Below are positions 29,350 through 38,463 of a DNA stretch of 64,000 bases, in pieces (the stretch's first letter is position 1; each line of letters begins with the position of its first letter). Position numbers and translations under genes: made by a program. The notes beneath the pieces are model-generated. The model saw only the letters and a list, made by a program, of their open reading frames with translations, made no database searches and had not been told where the DNA came from. Origin of the DNA: Myxococcota bacterium (GTDB lineage: Bacteria; Myxococcota_A; UBA9160; UBA6930); the NCBI GenBank assembly GCA_965223415.1, contig OZ245002.1:5184001-5248000 (forward strand), in the 5' to 3' direction.

Positions 29350-30423
29350 TTAAGTTGTCAGCGCGCGGGCGCAGGCGGCGGGGAAGGTGGGGCCGTGGTA
29401 GATCATGCCGGTGTAGACCTCGACCAGGTCGGCGCCGGCGCGCCGCAGGGCGGCGGCGTCCTCGGGGCGGTCGACGCCGCCCACGCCGACGAGGAGCTGG
29501 TCGTCCCGGCGCAGCTCGGCGAGCAAGCGCACGGCGGACTCGGCCAGGGGCAGGAGCGGCGCCCCGGACAGGCCGCCCGGGAGCTCCGGATCCGGACTCA
29601 GGGCCCGGGCGCGGGCCAGGCCGATCGACGTGTTCACGGCGACGAAGCCGTCGCAGGGGCCGGGGGCGCACAGGGGCTCGGCGCAGGGAGCGAGGCTCTC
29701 GGCGGTCCAGGGCTTCCCGTCCGCGTCCTCGGGCGGGAGCTTGACCAGGAGCTGCGTGCGGTGGAGCCGTTCCGCCGCCGCGTCCAGGACCGAGAGCTCC
29801 GCCGCGAGCGGCGCCACCAGCTCGTCCCGGAAGCCCGACCCGTAGAGCAGCTCGCGCAGGCCGCGGGTGTTGGGAGAGCTCAGGTTCACGACGAACAGGT
29901 CGCAGTGGGCGTGGAGCCCGCGGGCCAGCCGCGCCAGCTCGTCCCGAGCGCGCTCGAGGAAGTGCGGATCGCCGCCCGCGCCCTTCACCGTCCGCGGATG
30001 CGGCGCCACGTTGCACGCCACCACCATCCCGCTGCGATCCCGCGCCCGGAAGCGCGCCAGCCGCTCGGCAACCGCCGGAAGCCCCTCGCTGGTGAAGCCC
30101 AGCCGGTTCCACACCGCGCGTTCCCCTTCGATCCGGCCCATGCGTGGCCGGGGGTTGCCGGGCCAGGGCTCCGTCAGCACGGTGCCGACTTCGACGAAGC
30201 CCACGCCCATCCGCGCGATCCCCGACAGCACCGCGGCGTTCTTGTCGAAGCCCGCCGCGATGCCGACCCGGTTGCGAAAGCGGACCCCCCGCCAGGTGAA
30301 GGCGTCCTCCACCGGCGCGCCCCCCCACGGCACCGGCAGCGCGAGGGTCCAGTGCCCGAGCTGGTGCGCGAGTTCGGTGGGCAGTGCACGCACGCAGGGG
30401 AAGAGCCGCTCGTAGAGGGACAT
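29350..30423 (-). CDS. pyrD: Dihydroorotate dehydrogenase (quinone, class 2)
   Basis: GIAAGFDKN, GNPRPR, NRLGF, VNLSSPNT, GGLSG, GVGG. Confidence 0.92.
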   Translation of the reverse strand: MSLYERLFPCVRALPTELAHQLGHWTLALPVPWGGAPVEDAFTWRGVRFRNRVGIAAGFDKNAAVLSGIARMGVGFVEVGTVLTEPWPGNPRPRMGRIEGERAVWNRLGFTSEGLPAVAERLARFRARDRSGMVVACNVAPHPRTVKGAGGDPHFLERARDELARLARGLHAHCDLFVVNLSSPNTRGLRELLYGSGFRDELVAPLAAELSVLDAAAERLHRTQLLVKLPPEDADGKPWTAESLAPCAEPLCAPGPCDGFVAVNTSIGLARARALSPDPELPGGLSGAPLLPLAESAVRLLAELRRDDQLLVGVGGVDRPEDAAALRRAGADLVEVYTGMIYHGPTFPAACARALTT

Positions 30424-30443
30424 GCGGGCGCGGAGGATAGCGG

Positions 30444-33400
30444 TCAGGCGGTCCGGGACAGGTCGCCCGGCGGGCCGGCGGCCGCCCGGGCCGCCTCGTA
30501 GAGGCGCCGCAGATCCGCTTCGAGCTGCTGGAGGGTCATGGCCTTGGCCGCGTCGCCACGGAACGAGAGCCGCCCCGCCATCGCCTCGTCCATCGCAGCG
30601 CGGCGGCCGGTGAACATGCCGTCCAGCACCTCGGCGCGCAGGCGCAGGGTCACCTCCGGATCGCCGTCCGGTGCCCCCCGTGCAGCGCTGGCGTCCTCCC
30701 GTAGGCGCAGGTGGAAGTCGAGGCCCAGGTCCTCGAGCACGAAGTAGAGGGTCACGTCCTGGCCGGCCGCGACCTCCCCGACCGCCGGGTCGCCCGCGAA
30801 GCCCGCGAGAAAGGCCTCGAGCACCGGGACGAGGCTGCGGGACAGCTCCTCGCGCAGGGCCGGGTCCACCGTCGTCGTCGCCGGGGCCGGTGCGGGCGCC
30901 GGAGGCCCCTTCCCCTTCTCCTCCTTCTTCTGGAGGTCCGTTACGGCCGGCGGCGGGCGATCCGCCAGAAAAGCCCGTGTCGCCGCATCGGGCTCGGCAC
31001 GGGGCGTCGCCCAGTCGAAGGCCATCGCCGTCTCCGGGTTCAGCGCGTGACGAGGCGCCTCGCCCTGCGCGAGACGTGCCAGATCCTCGCTCACGATGCG
31101 ACCCTGGTGGGCGCCGATCTGGTGGGTGTTGCCGCCGACGTGAGGCGTCGCGATCACGTTCGGGAGCGCCAGCAGGGGATGGTCCGCTCCCGGCGGCTCG
31201 ACGCTGAACACGTCCAGGGCCGCGCCGGCGAGACGCTCCTCCCGGAGGGCCCGGACCAGTGCGTCCTCGTCCACCAGGGCAGCTCGCGCCGTGTTGACGA
31301 GCGCCGCCGACGGCTTCATGCGAGCCAGCGCGTCCTCGCCGATCAGCCCCATCGAAGCCTCGGTCACTGCGGCGTGAAGGCTCACGAAGTCGCTCTCGGC
31401 GAGCAGCGTCTCCAGGGAGACCGGCTCGCCTCCGGCCCGAGCGATGACCGCCGGGTCCTGCCAGGGATCAAACACCCGCAGCCGCACGCCAAAGGGCCGC
31501 AAGCGCGCCGCGACCTTGCGACCGACGGCGCCGAGACCCACCAGGCCGACCGTGCGGCGCCACAGCTCGTCGCCGCGCAGCGTTCCGTAGGCCCGGCCCA
31601 TGGCGCCCATGTCTCCTGCGGCGACGGACGGATCGCGGAGGAAAGCCGTCGCCTCGGGCAGCTTGCGCGCCAGGGAGAGCAGGAAGGCCACGGTCAGATC
31701 CGCGACCGCATCCGCGTTGCGCCCGGGCGCGTTCAGCACCGGGATGCCCACCGCGCTGCACGCCTCCACGTCGACGTTCACCGCGTCGCCCCGGCAGCTC
31801 GCAACGACCCGCAGCCGCGGAAGCTCGGGGAGCGAGGCCCCATCGACCAGATCGATCTCGGTCACGAAGACGTCCACATCCGCCAACGCCTCGACGAGGG
31901 AGGCGCCGGTCAGCAGGCGGCGAGCCTCCCGGTAGCTCGCGTACTCCACCTGGCCCAGCTCACGGAGCGAAGCCAGCGCCTCGTCGTCCAGGTCGGCGGT
32001 GACGAGGATGCGGAGATCGCCCGGGGCGCGCGTCGCGCTGGGGCCCGCGGCGCCTCCGCGCAGCAGCCCCTGGATCGCCACGCCCTGGGTGATGGCCGCC
32101 GCGGGCCGGCGCGCCGCCTGAAGCTCCTGCCAGCGAGGATGGAGCTCGCCCAGCACCTCCGCGGCGACCGGGTCGGGCTCCACCGTCGTCGTACGCACCC
32201 GGGCCGCCGCCGCCTCCCCGAGATCCCGCCATCGCCCCGCGGCCACACCTGCGCACAGCGCCGCACCGAGACCCGTCGCGTCCGAGACCGCGCCCACCTC
32301 GACCGGCCGGCCCAGCACCGCGGCCACCGTCTCCGGCCAGAGCGCGCTCTCCACCATCCGCCCACCGAGAACGATGCGCCCCGCATCGACGGGCCGGAGC
32401 TGCTCGAGGTTCGCCCGCAGGGCGAAGGCGAGCCCCTCGACGACCGAGCGCGCCAGGTGGGCGCCGGCCCGCCGCGGGTCGGCCTCCAAGAGATGGGAGA
32501 GCGAGAGCTCGCCGATCGGGAACGCCATCGCGCGCCCGTCCATCACCTGGGCACCGAAGGTCGAGAGCATCCCGCCCGCACCCGGCTCCGAGACCGCGGC
32601 CTCGGCGAGGAGTCGCGCCGCACCGCTCGCGTCCTCGTGAGCGCGATCCAGCAGCCGGCCGAGCCAGTCGAGGGCATCGCCGGCGGGCCCCGCGTTGCTC
32701 TCCAGGACCAGCGCGCCCGGCGCCGCGTGGGCCTCGAGCCAGAGCCCCGGATGCGCGGCGGGCGCCGGATCCACCACCGCCTGCACCGGCATCGTCGTGC
32801 CGCAGATCGCCGCCGCGTCCGGCGCGCCGAGCACACCGAGCCCAACCAGGCCGAGCTGGGTGTCGCCGCCACCGACGGCCACTGGCGTCCCCGCCGTCAG
32901 CCCGAGCGCCTCGGCCGCATCGGCTCGCAGCCCACCGAGCCGCGTGCCGCACGGGCACACCGGCGGGAGCGCCTCCGGATCGAGGCCCAGCCGCAGCACC
33001 CAGTCCCGCGCCCACGCCCCCTCGCGCGGATCGAAGAGCAGCATGCCGCTGGCGTGGGTCGGATCCGTCGCCACCTCGCCGGTCATGCGCCAGGCGAGCC
33101 AGTCGTTCAGGCTGAAGATCCAGCGAACCCGCTCCCGCGCCTCGGGCGCGAGGGCGAGCCAGCGCGGCGTCGCCCCGATCGGTGCGGGCCAGTGGCCGGT
33201 CTCCCGCTCCAGCGCTTCGCCGTGCTCCGCCGCCAGCGCCAGGCCGGCACCGACGCCCCGCGCGTCGTTGTTCGGCGCAGCGAGCACCACCTCCCCCGCC
33301 GCGTCGAGCGCGACGCTGCCGAAGCGAAAGGACGCCGCCCCCACGCCGACGACGCACTCGGGCCCCGCCTGCGCACGGGCCAGCCCCTCCCGGATCACCT

Positions 33401-33578
33401 CGCCCACCCGCGCCCAGGTGCTCTCCAGGTCGAGATCGACGCCGCCGCCCTCGGCCGGACGCCCGCTCGAGGTGCGCACGCTGCGCACCACCTCGCCGGA
33501 CCCGACATCCACGAGCAGGCAGCGGACGCCGCTGCCGCCGAGATCGAGACCGAGCAACAGCTCCGGCGTGCCGTTCAA
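30444..33578 (-). CDS. Three-domain fusion: FGGY (LsrK-like) carbohydrate kinase + D-2-hydroxyacid dehydrogenase + SCP2 sterol-carrier domain
   Basis: Kinase: GLDLGGSG, NDARG, GGGDTQLG. Dehydrogenase: NAPGRN, GLGAVG, NTAR, DVFSVEP, TPHVGG. SCP2-like: PEVTLRL...AMAGRLSFRGD. Confidence 0.85.
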   Translation of the reverse strand: MNGTPELLLGLDLGGSGVRCLLVDVGSGEVVRSVRTSSGRPAEGGGVDLDLESTWARVGEVIREGLARAQAGPECVVGVGAASFRFGSVALDAAGEVVLAAPNNDARGVGAGLALAAEHGEALERETGHWPAPIGATPRWLALAPEARERVRWIFSLNDWLAWRMTGEVATDPTHASGMLLFDPREGAWARDWVLRLGLDPEALPPVCPCGTRLGGLRADAAEALGLTAGTPVAVGGGDTQLGLVGLGVLGAPDAAAICGTTMPVQAVVDPAPAAHPGLWLEAHAAPGALVLESNAGPAGDALDWLGRLLDRAHEDASGAARLLAEAAVSEPGAGGMLSTFGAQVMDGRAMAFPIGELSLSHLLEADPRRAGAHLARSVVEGLAFALRANLEQLRPVDAGRIVLGGRMVESALWPETVAAVLGRPVEVGAVSDATGLGAALCAGVAAGRWRDLGEAAAARVRTTTVEPDPVAAEVLGELHPRWQELQAARRPAAAITQGVAIQGLLRGGAAGPSATRAPGDLRILVTADLDDEALASLRELGQVEYASYREARRLLTGASLVEALADVDVFVTEIDLVDGASLPELPRLRVVASCRGDAVNVDVEACSAVGIPVLNAPGRNADAVADLTVAFLLSLARKLPEATAFLRDPSVAAGDMGAMGRAYGTLRGDELWRRTVGLVGLGAVGRKVAARLRPFGVRLRVFDPWQDPAVIARAGGEPVSLETLLAESDFVSLHAAVTEASMGLIGEDALARMKPSAALVNTARAALVDEDALVRALREERLAGAALDVFSVEPPGADHPLLALPNVIATPHVGGNTHQIGAHQGRIVSEDLARLAQGEAPRHALNPETAMAFDWATPRAEPDAATRAFLADRPPPAVTDLQKKEEKGKGPPAPAPAPATTTVDPALREELSRSLVPVLEAFLAGFAGDPAVGEVAAGQDVTLYFVLEDLGLDFHLRLREDASAARGAPDGDPEVTLRLRAEVLDGMFTGRRAAMDEAMAGRLSFRGDAAKAMTLQQLEADLRRLYEAARAAAGPPGDLSRTA

Positions 33579-33608
33579 CGGGTTCTCCTCGCCGCCTCCC
33601 CTCGCCCG

Positions 33609-34838
33609 TCAGGCGTCGAGCACGACGGGAAGCGCCATCGGAGAGCGGAACATGCGGCCGGTGATGTGGACGTCCTCCGCCTCCGGATCCAGCCGCAGCC
33701 CGGGCAGCTCGAAGAGGGCCTCGAGGAGCACCCGCGTCTCCATCCGCGCCAGGTGCATGCCCATGCAGGTGTGGGGACCGAAGGCGAAGGCCGCATGATG
33801 CCGGTGCGGCCGGTGGATGTCGAACCGGTCCGGGTCGGGCCAGCGGGCCTCGTCGCGGTTGGCAGCGCCGAGACACACGTGGACCGGCGTGCCCGCCGGG
33901 ATCGGCACGCCGCACACAAGGGCATCTCGCGTGGCCGTGCGCTGGATGCCCGTGAGCGGGCACTCCCAGCGCAGGCCCTCCTCGGTGGCCGCAGGGATCA
34001 GGGACGGATCGCGCTTCACCGCCTCCCACTGGGCGGGATCCGAGAGCAGGCCGAAGAGCAGGTTGCTCGACGAGCGGTAGGTGGTCTCCGCACCCGCCGG
34101 TGCGAGCAGCCGCAGGAAGGCGTAGATCTGCTCGTCGTCGAGTCGCGTGCCGTCGAGCTCGGCGGTGGCCAGCACGCTCATCAGGTCGTCTTTCGGCGCG
34201 CGCCGGCGATCCGTCAGCACGTCCGCGAACAGCTCGCGCAGCCCCTGGGAGGCGGCGACGCCGAGCGGCGGATCGAAGGCGATGCTGATCAGCTCCACCG
34301 CCAGGCGGTGGAAGGTGGCATGGGTCTCCTCGGGGAGCCCGATCATCCCGCACACCACCCGCACCGGAAACGGGAAGGTCAGCTCGCGCACCAGATCGCC
34401 GCGCCCCCGCTCCCGCAGCGGAGCGAGACAGCGCTCGACCAGCGGCCGCACCAGCTCGTCCTCCCAGCGCTTAAGCTGCCGGCGGTTGAACGCCGTCTGG
34501 AGGAGCGCGCGGTAGCGATGGTGCTCCGGCTCGTCCATCTCGAGGATCGAGTGGCCCATCACGAGCCCCATCGTGTTCGCGTAGCCCGCCGACGAGAAGG
34601 TGGCGCCGTCCCTCAAGACCTCGCTCACCGCCTCGAAGGTGAGCGGCACCGCGAGGCGCTCTGGCGCGCCGGGCCCGGCCGGAAGATTCAGGAATTCCGA
34701 CGGCGAGACCACCCACACCGGCGTCTCGCGCCGCTTCACCGCCCACTCGGGATACGGGTCGCGCACGGTGCCGGCGCCCTGGATGCGGTTGAAGCGATCG
34801 AAGGCATCGCTGGCGGCGGCGTGGTCGGCTGCATCCAT
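33609..34838 (-). CDS. Cytochrome P450
   Basis: I-helix AGAETT, EEGLR (ExxR), heme motif FAFGPHTCMG. Confidence 0.96.
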   Translation of the reverse strand: MDAADHAAASDAFDRFNRIQGAGTVRDPYPEWAVKRRETPVWVVSPSEFLNLPAGPGAPERLAVPLTFEAVSEVLRDGATFSSAGYANTMGLVMGHSILEMDEPEHHRYRALLQTAFNRRQLKRWEDELVRPLVERCLAPLRERGRGDLVRELTFPFPVRVVCGMIGLPEETHATFHRLAVELISIAFDPPLGVAASQGLRELFADVLTDRRRAPKDDLMSVLATAELDGTRLDDEQIYAFLRLLAPAGAETTYRSSSNLLFGLLSDPAQWEAVKRDPSLIPAATEEGLRWECPLTGIQRTATRDALVCGVPIPAGTPVHVCLGAANRDEARWPDPDRFDIHRPHRHHAAFAFGPHTCMGMHLARMETRVLLEALFELPGLRLDPEAEDVHITGRMFRSPMALPVVLDA

Positions 34839-34856
34839 GAGGGGAGGACCTCGTCG

Positions 34857-35492
34857 TTAGTCGTCGCTGTCTCCCAGCAGACGGCGGGTGATCCGGAGCA
34901 GCTCCCGGCGGTGGGCCTCGAGCTGCTCGGGGGCGAAGGGGTCGGCGGCCAGATCGGGGACGAGGGCGGGCATTGCGCCGAGGAAGAAGAGCGTCCCGCC
35001 GGCGATGGCACTGGCCACGTGGGCCGGATCGAGGGGACGCTTGGGACTCCGCGCCCGAGGGCGCCCGGTGAGCAGTCGCTCCGCGAGGGCACGGAAGGGC
35101 TCGGTGAGCGCCACCAGCCGCGGCGCCGCGCCGGGCTCGGCGTCGACCGCGTCCCGCAGCAGCAGCCGGGCGAGCGTCGGCCGCTCCGCCAGGTAGGTGA
35201 CCCAGGCCCCCGCGGCGGCCTCGACCCGAGGCTCGAGCCCGTCGGCGCCGGCGACCGCCGCCTCGAGCCGAACCAGAAGGCCGGCCAGCGCGTCCTCCAG
35301 GACGGCGTCGTAGAGGGCGGCCTTGTCCTTGAAGTGGTAGACGATCGAGGGCCGCCGGATCCCGACCACCTCCGCGACGTCCGCGAGCCGGGTGCCCCGG
35401 AAGCCGCGCTCGGCGAACAGTCGCTCGGCGGCGAGCAGGATGGAGGCACGGGTGCGCTCGGCCTTGGGGGTCGGCTCCAGGCAGGCGGCCAT
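34857..35492 (-). CDS. TetR/AcrR family transcriptional regulator
   Basis: ILLAAERLFAERGFRGTRLADVAEVVGIRRPSIVYHFKDK HTH. Confidence 0.95.
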   Translation of the reverse strand: MAACLEPTPKAERTRASILLAAERLFAERGFRGTRLADVAEVVGIRRPSIVYHFKDKAALYDAVLEDALAGLLVRLEAAVAGADGLEPRVEAAAGAWVTYLAERPTLARLLLRDAVDAEPGAAPRLVALTEPFRALAERLLTGRPRARSPKRPLDPAHVASAIAGGTLFFLGAMPALVPDLAADPFAPEQLEAHRRELLRITRRLLGDSDD

Positions 35493-35498
35493 GTCTAA

Positions 35499-35522
35499 TT
35501 TCTACCTTTCTGAAGGTAGAAA
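35499..35522. promoter_or_regulatory. 10-4-10 palindrome, probable TetR operator
   Basis: TTTCTACCTT-TCTG-AAGGTAGAAA, 6 nt upstream of the tetR ATG. Confidence 0.75.
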
Positions 35523-35925
35523 ATCAACCATCCGATCGAGCCTCCTCGGAGCGTCGAGATTCCTGGGCCTCGGGAGCACTCTCCCGCCCGCAGGGGGCCG
35601 GGGCCCGCCGCCCCGAGCCCGGGAGGCGAACGGCGGTGACCCACCGGCCCTGCGAACGCCGCGTTGCGAACGACCGATGGGGTGGCACGCACCGCGCCAC
35701 CCAGCCTGAATCGGTGCGCTCCGGCTCGCGATCGACTCGCGTTGTCCGTCCTCCCGCCGATTCGTCACCTCCGCGGAGGAGTCCGCCGCGGAATCGCCCC
35801 GGTTGTCAAGGCCCTCCCCGCGAGGGCCGATAGACCGGCGGGATGGTGCCGCGAATGGAACACGGCCCGCTGCGATGGATTGCCGTCGTCCAGCGCAGGC
35901 GCGAGATGCGAACGGGCGAGAACCG

Positions 35926-38286
35926 ATGAGTCTGGGGGCCAGTGCGCTTCTGCTCGCCGTGCTCGTCTCGGCCTTCCATGCGACCGTCGTGCTGCTGGTT
36001 CGGCTCGTTCACGCGGACCGGTCGCGGCCCGCGTTCCTGGCGCGGCCCGCCGGTCGCTCGCCGATCGTGTTGTTGGTCGCGATCGCCGCGTGGATCGCGC
36101 TCTACGCTGCGGAGCTCGTGGTCCCGGGCGAGCAGCTCTCCGTGCGGCTCCACCAGGGGGTCCACGTGGCCATCGCGATGCTGCCGGTGGCGACTCTCAG
36201 CCTCGCGCTGCGCCTCTCGATCGGCACGGTGCGCCGCTCGTGGATCGCTGCGATCTGCGTGATCCCGGCGACCTCCGTGGTACTCAACCTGCTTCAGAGC
36301 CCGACCTTCTGGGTCGCCGAGGGCACTGCGCTCGTGGGCCTGCTGACGCCCGTCCTGACCGCGCACGGCCCCTGGTTCTGGGTCCATGTTTCCTACGCCT
36401 ACCTGGCCCTGGCCAGCTGTCTCGCGGTGATCGGCATGCGGTTGCGGCACCATGCCACGCGCTCCGATCGGCAGGGCCTCATCCTGCTGCTCGCCGTCGT
36501 GACACCGTGGGTAGCCAACGCGGTCTCGCTCTTCACGGGCCTGAGTCCGCACCTCGATCTCACGCCCCTGGGGTGTGCGGTGTCGGCAGCTTGCCTGATG
36601 CGGATCGCGGACAAGAGCCCGTCCCTCTCGCCGAGGCCGGCGGCGAACGCTCTCTCTCTCGACACCCTCGACGAGGGACTGCTCCTCGTCGACGGAGCCG
36701 GGAAGCTCCTCGACGCCAACGCCGCCGCTCTCCGGATGCTCGCGGAGTCGCGCTCCGCGTCCCTGGATGCGCAGCCCGCGCAGCTGGAGCCGGTGTGGTT
36801 TCCCTTGCTGGAGCGGTTGGTGCGAGGCGGTGCCGAAAAGCGACCACTCGAGCTGCCACTGCCCGAGAGCAACATGACCCTCCAGGTCGTCGGAGGCGCT
36901 GTGGAAGACGCCCTGGCCCCGGACCGCCTGCATTCCCTCCTGCTTCGCGACGTCTCGAGGCTCCGGCAGGCCCAGGCGAACCTCCGCAGCCTCCAGGGAA
37001 CCGACGCCGTGAGCGGGACTTCGAGCCGCGCGGCCTTCATGGAAGAGCTCCGCGCCGAGGTCGCTCGGTCCCGCGAACCCGGCGCGGAGCTCGGCCTCAT
37101 CGTCGTGGGCCTGGACGACCTGCGGACCATCAACGAGATCGCCGGGCCTGGCGCCGGTGACTCCCTGCTGGGGCGCACGGGGGCTGAGCTACAACGCCTC
37201 TCCCAGGAAGCCAGCGGCCCCGAGGCCAAGCCGAAGCTGGTCGCGCGGCTCGGTAGCGCGACCTTCGGCGTCGTGGTCGGCCCGGGCATCTCCGAGGTGG
37301 AGCTCCTCGACCTGGCAGGGGAACTCGTCGAAGCGGTCGCCACGGAGCTTCCGGGGCGCGACCGCAGCCTCCGTTCCACGGCACGCGCCGGCATCGCGCG
37401 CTTCCCTCTGGACGCCTCGGATGCCGCTTCGCTCGTGCGAGCCGCGGAGTTCGCGCGCCGTTCCGCACGGGAGGACGGACTCCCGGTGGCCCCCTACCAG
37501 CGGCGGCTCGACATGCGTGCCCAACGCGCCGCCACCCTGACCCGGGATCTCGTGGGCGCCGCTCACCGGGCCGAGATGCGCCTCGTCTACCAGCCTCGTC
37601 TCAATCTCGCGACGGGGCGGCCTTCTCGTGCTGAGGCGCTGCTGCGCTGGCACCACCCGGCGCTGGGCGAGGTCTCACCCGCCGAGTTCATACCCATCGC
37701 CGAGGCGTCGGGAAGCATCGCCGAGGTGGGAGCGTGGGCGCTCACCCGCGCACTGGAACAGCTTGCCACCTGGCGCGCCGAGAAGGTCCCCGTCGATGGG
37801 CTCGCAATCAATCTCGCAGCGCCCCAGCTCTCGGATCCCGGTCTGTTCGGCCTGCTGACGGACTCGCTTCGTGCACTCTCCCTCGATCCCAGCACGATCG
37901 AGCTGGAGATCACGGAGACCTCGCTGCTGCGGCTCGGCGTGGACTCCGCCACCGCCCTTCGCGATCTCCGTGCCATCGGTACGCAGGTCTTCCTGGACGA
38001 CTTCGGCACCGGCTACGCATCGCTGGGCTACCTCAACGAGATCACGCCGGATGGTGTGAAGATCGACCGCTCGTTCGTCACCGATGTCGACCGCATCACC
38101 AACCGGAGGCGGATCTGCTCTGCATTGCTCGCGCTGAGCCGCGAGCTCGGCCTTCGCAGCGTCGCCGAAGGCGTAGAGCGCAGCGAAGAGCTCGATGTCG
38201 TGAGGGGCCTGGGGTGCCACGAGGTCCAGGGCTTCCTCTACTGCGCGCCGATCTCGCCGAACGAGTTGGCCCAGTTCGTGAAGTGA
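35926..38286 (+). CDS. Membrane (7TM-like) PAS / degenerate GGDEF / EAL c-di-GMP phosphodiesterase
   Basis: N-terminal TMs ending DLTP; ARLGSATF in place of GGDEF; intact AEALLRW, ELEITE, DDFGTGY, KIDRSF, AEGVE, QGF. Confidence 0.9.
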   Translation: MSLGASALLLAVLVSAFHATVVLLVRLVHADRSRPAFLARPAGRSPIVLLVAIAAWIALYAAELVVPGEQLSVRLHQGVHVAIAMLPVATLSLALRLSIGTVRRSWIAAICVIPATSVVLNLLQSPTFWVAEGTALVGLLTPVLTAHGPWFWVHVSYAYLALASCLAVIGMRLRHHATRSDRQGLILLLAVVTPWVANAVSLFTGLSPHLDLTPLGCAVSAACLMRIADKSPSLSPRPAANALSLDTLDEGLLLVDGAGKLLDANAAALRMLAESRSASLDAQPAQLEPVWFPLLERLVRGGAEKRPLELPLPESNMTLQVVGGAVEDALAPDRLHSLLLRDVSRLRQAQANLRSLQGTDAVSGTSSRAAFMEELRAEVARSREPGAELGLIVVGLDDLRTINEIAGPGAGDSLLGRTGAELQRLSQEASGPEAKPKLVARLGSATFGVVVGPGISEVELLDLAGELVEAVATELPGRDRSLRSTARAGIARFPLDASDAASLVRAAEFARRSAREDGLPVAPYQRRLDMRAQRAATLTRDLVGAAHRAEMRLVYQPRLNLATGRPSRAEALLRWHHPALGEVSPAEFIPIAEASGSIAEVGAWALTRALEQLATWRAEKVPVDGLAINLAAPQLSDPGLFGLLTDSLRALSLDPSTIELEITETSLLRLGVDSATALRDLRAIGTQVFLDDFGTGYASLGYLNEITPDGVKIDRSFVTDVDRITNRRRICSALLALSRELGLRSVAEGVERSEELDVVRGLGCHEVQGFLYCAPISPNELAQFVK

Positions 38287-38463
38287 CCGAACGCGGAGCA
38301 CGCGCTCAGGGGAGGCACCGCCCTCCGCCCTGCACGTCCATCCCCGGCCGCCCCACGACGCCTGGGCTTCGGCCCGCACACGTGGGCACGCCGCATCGCC
38401 CGACGGCCCTGGTGGGCCACTCCGCGCCAGGCGATCGGGATGCCGGCGCCGTGGAACCCTCCG

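Noticed and set aside
30711..35498. 1595-aa + strand ORF
   Set aside because: Antisense shadow of the fusion, P450 and tetR genes; no motifs; long stop-free frames are expected at this GC content.
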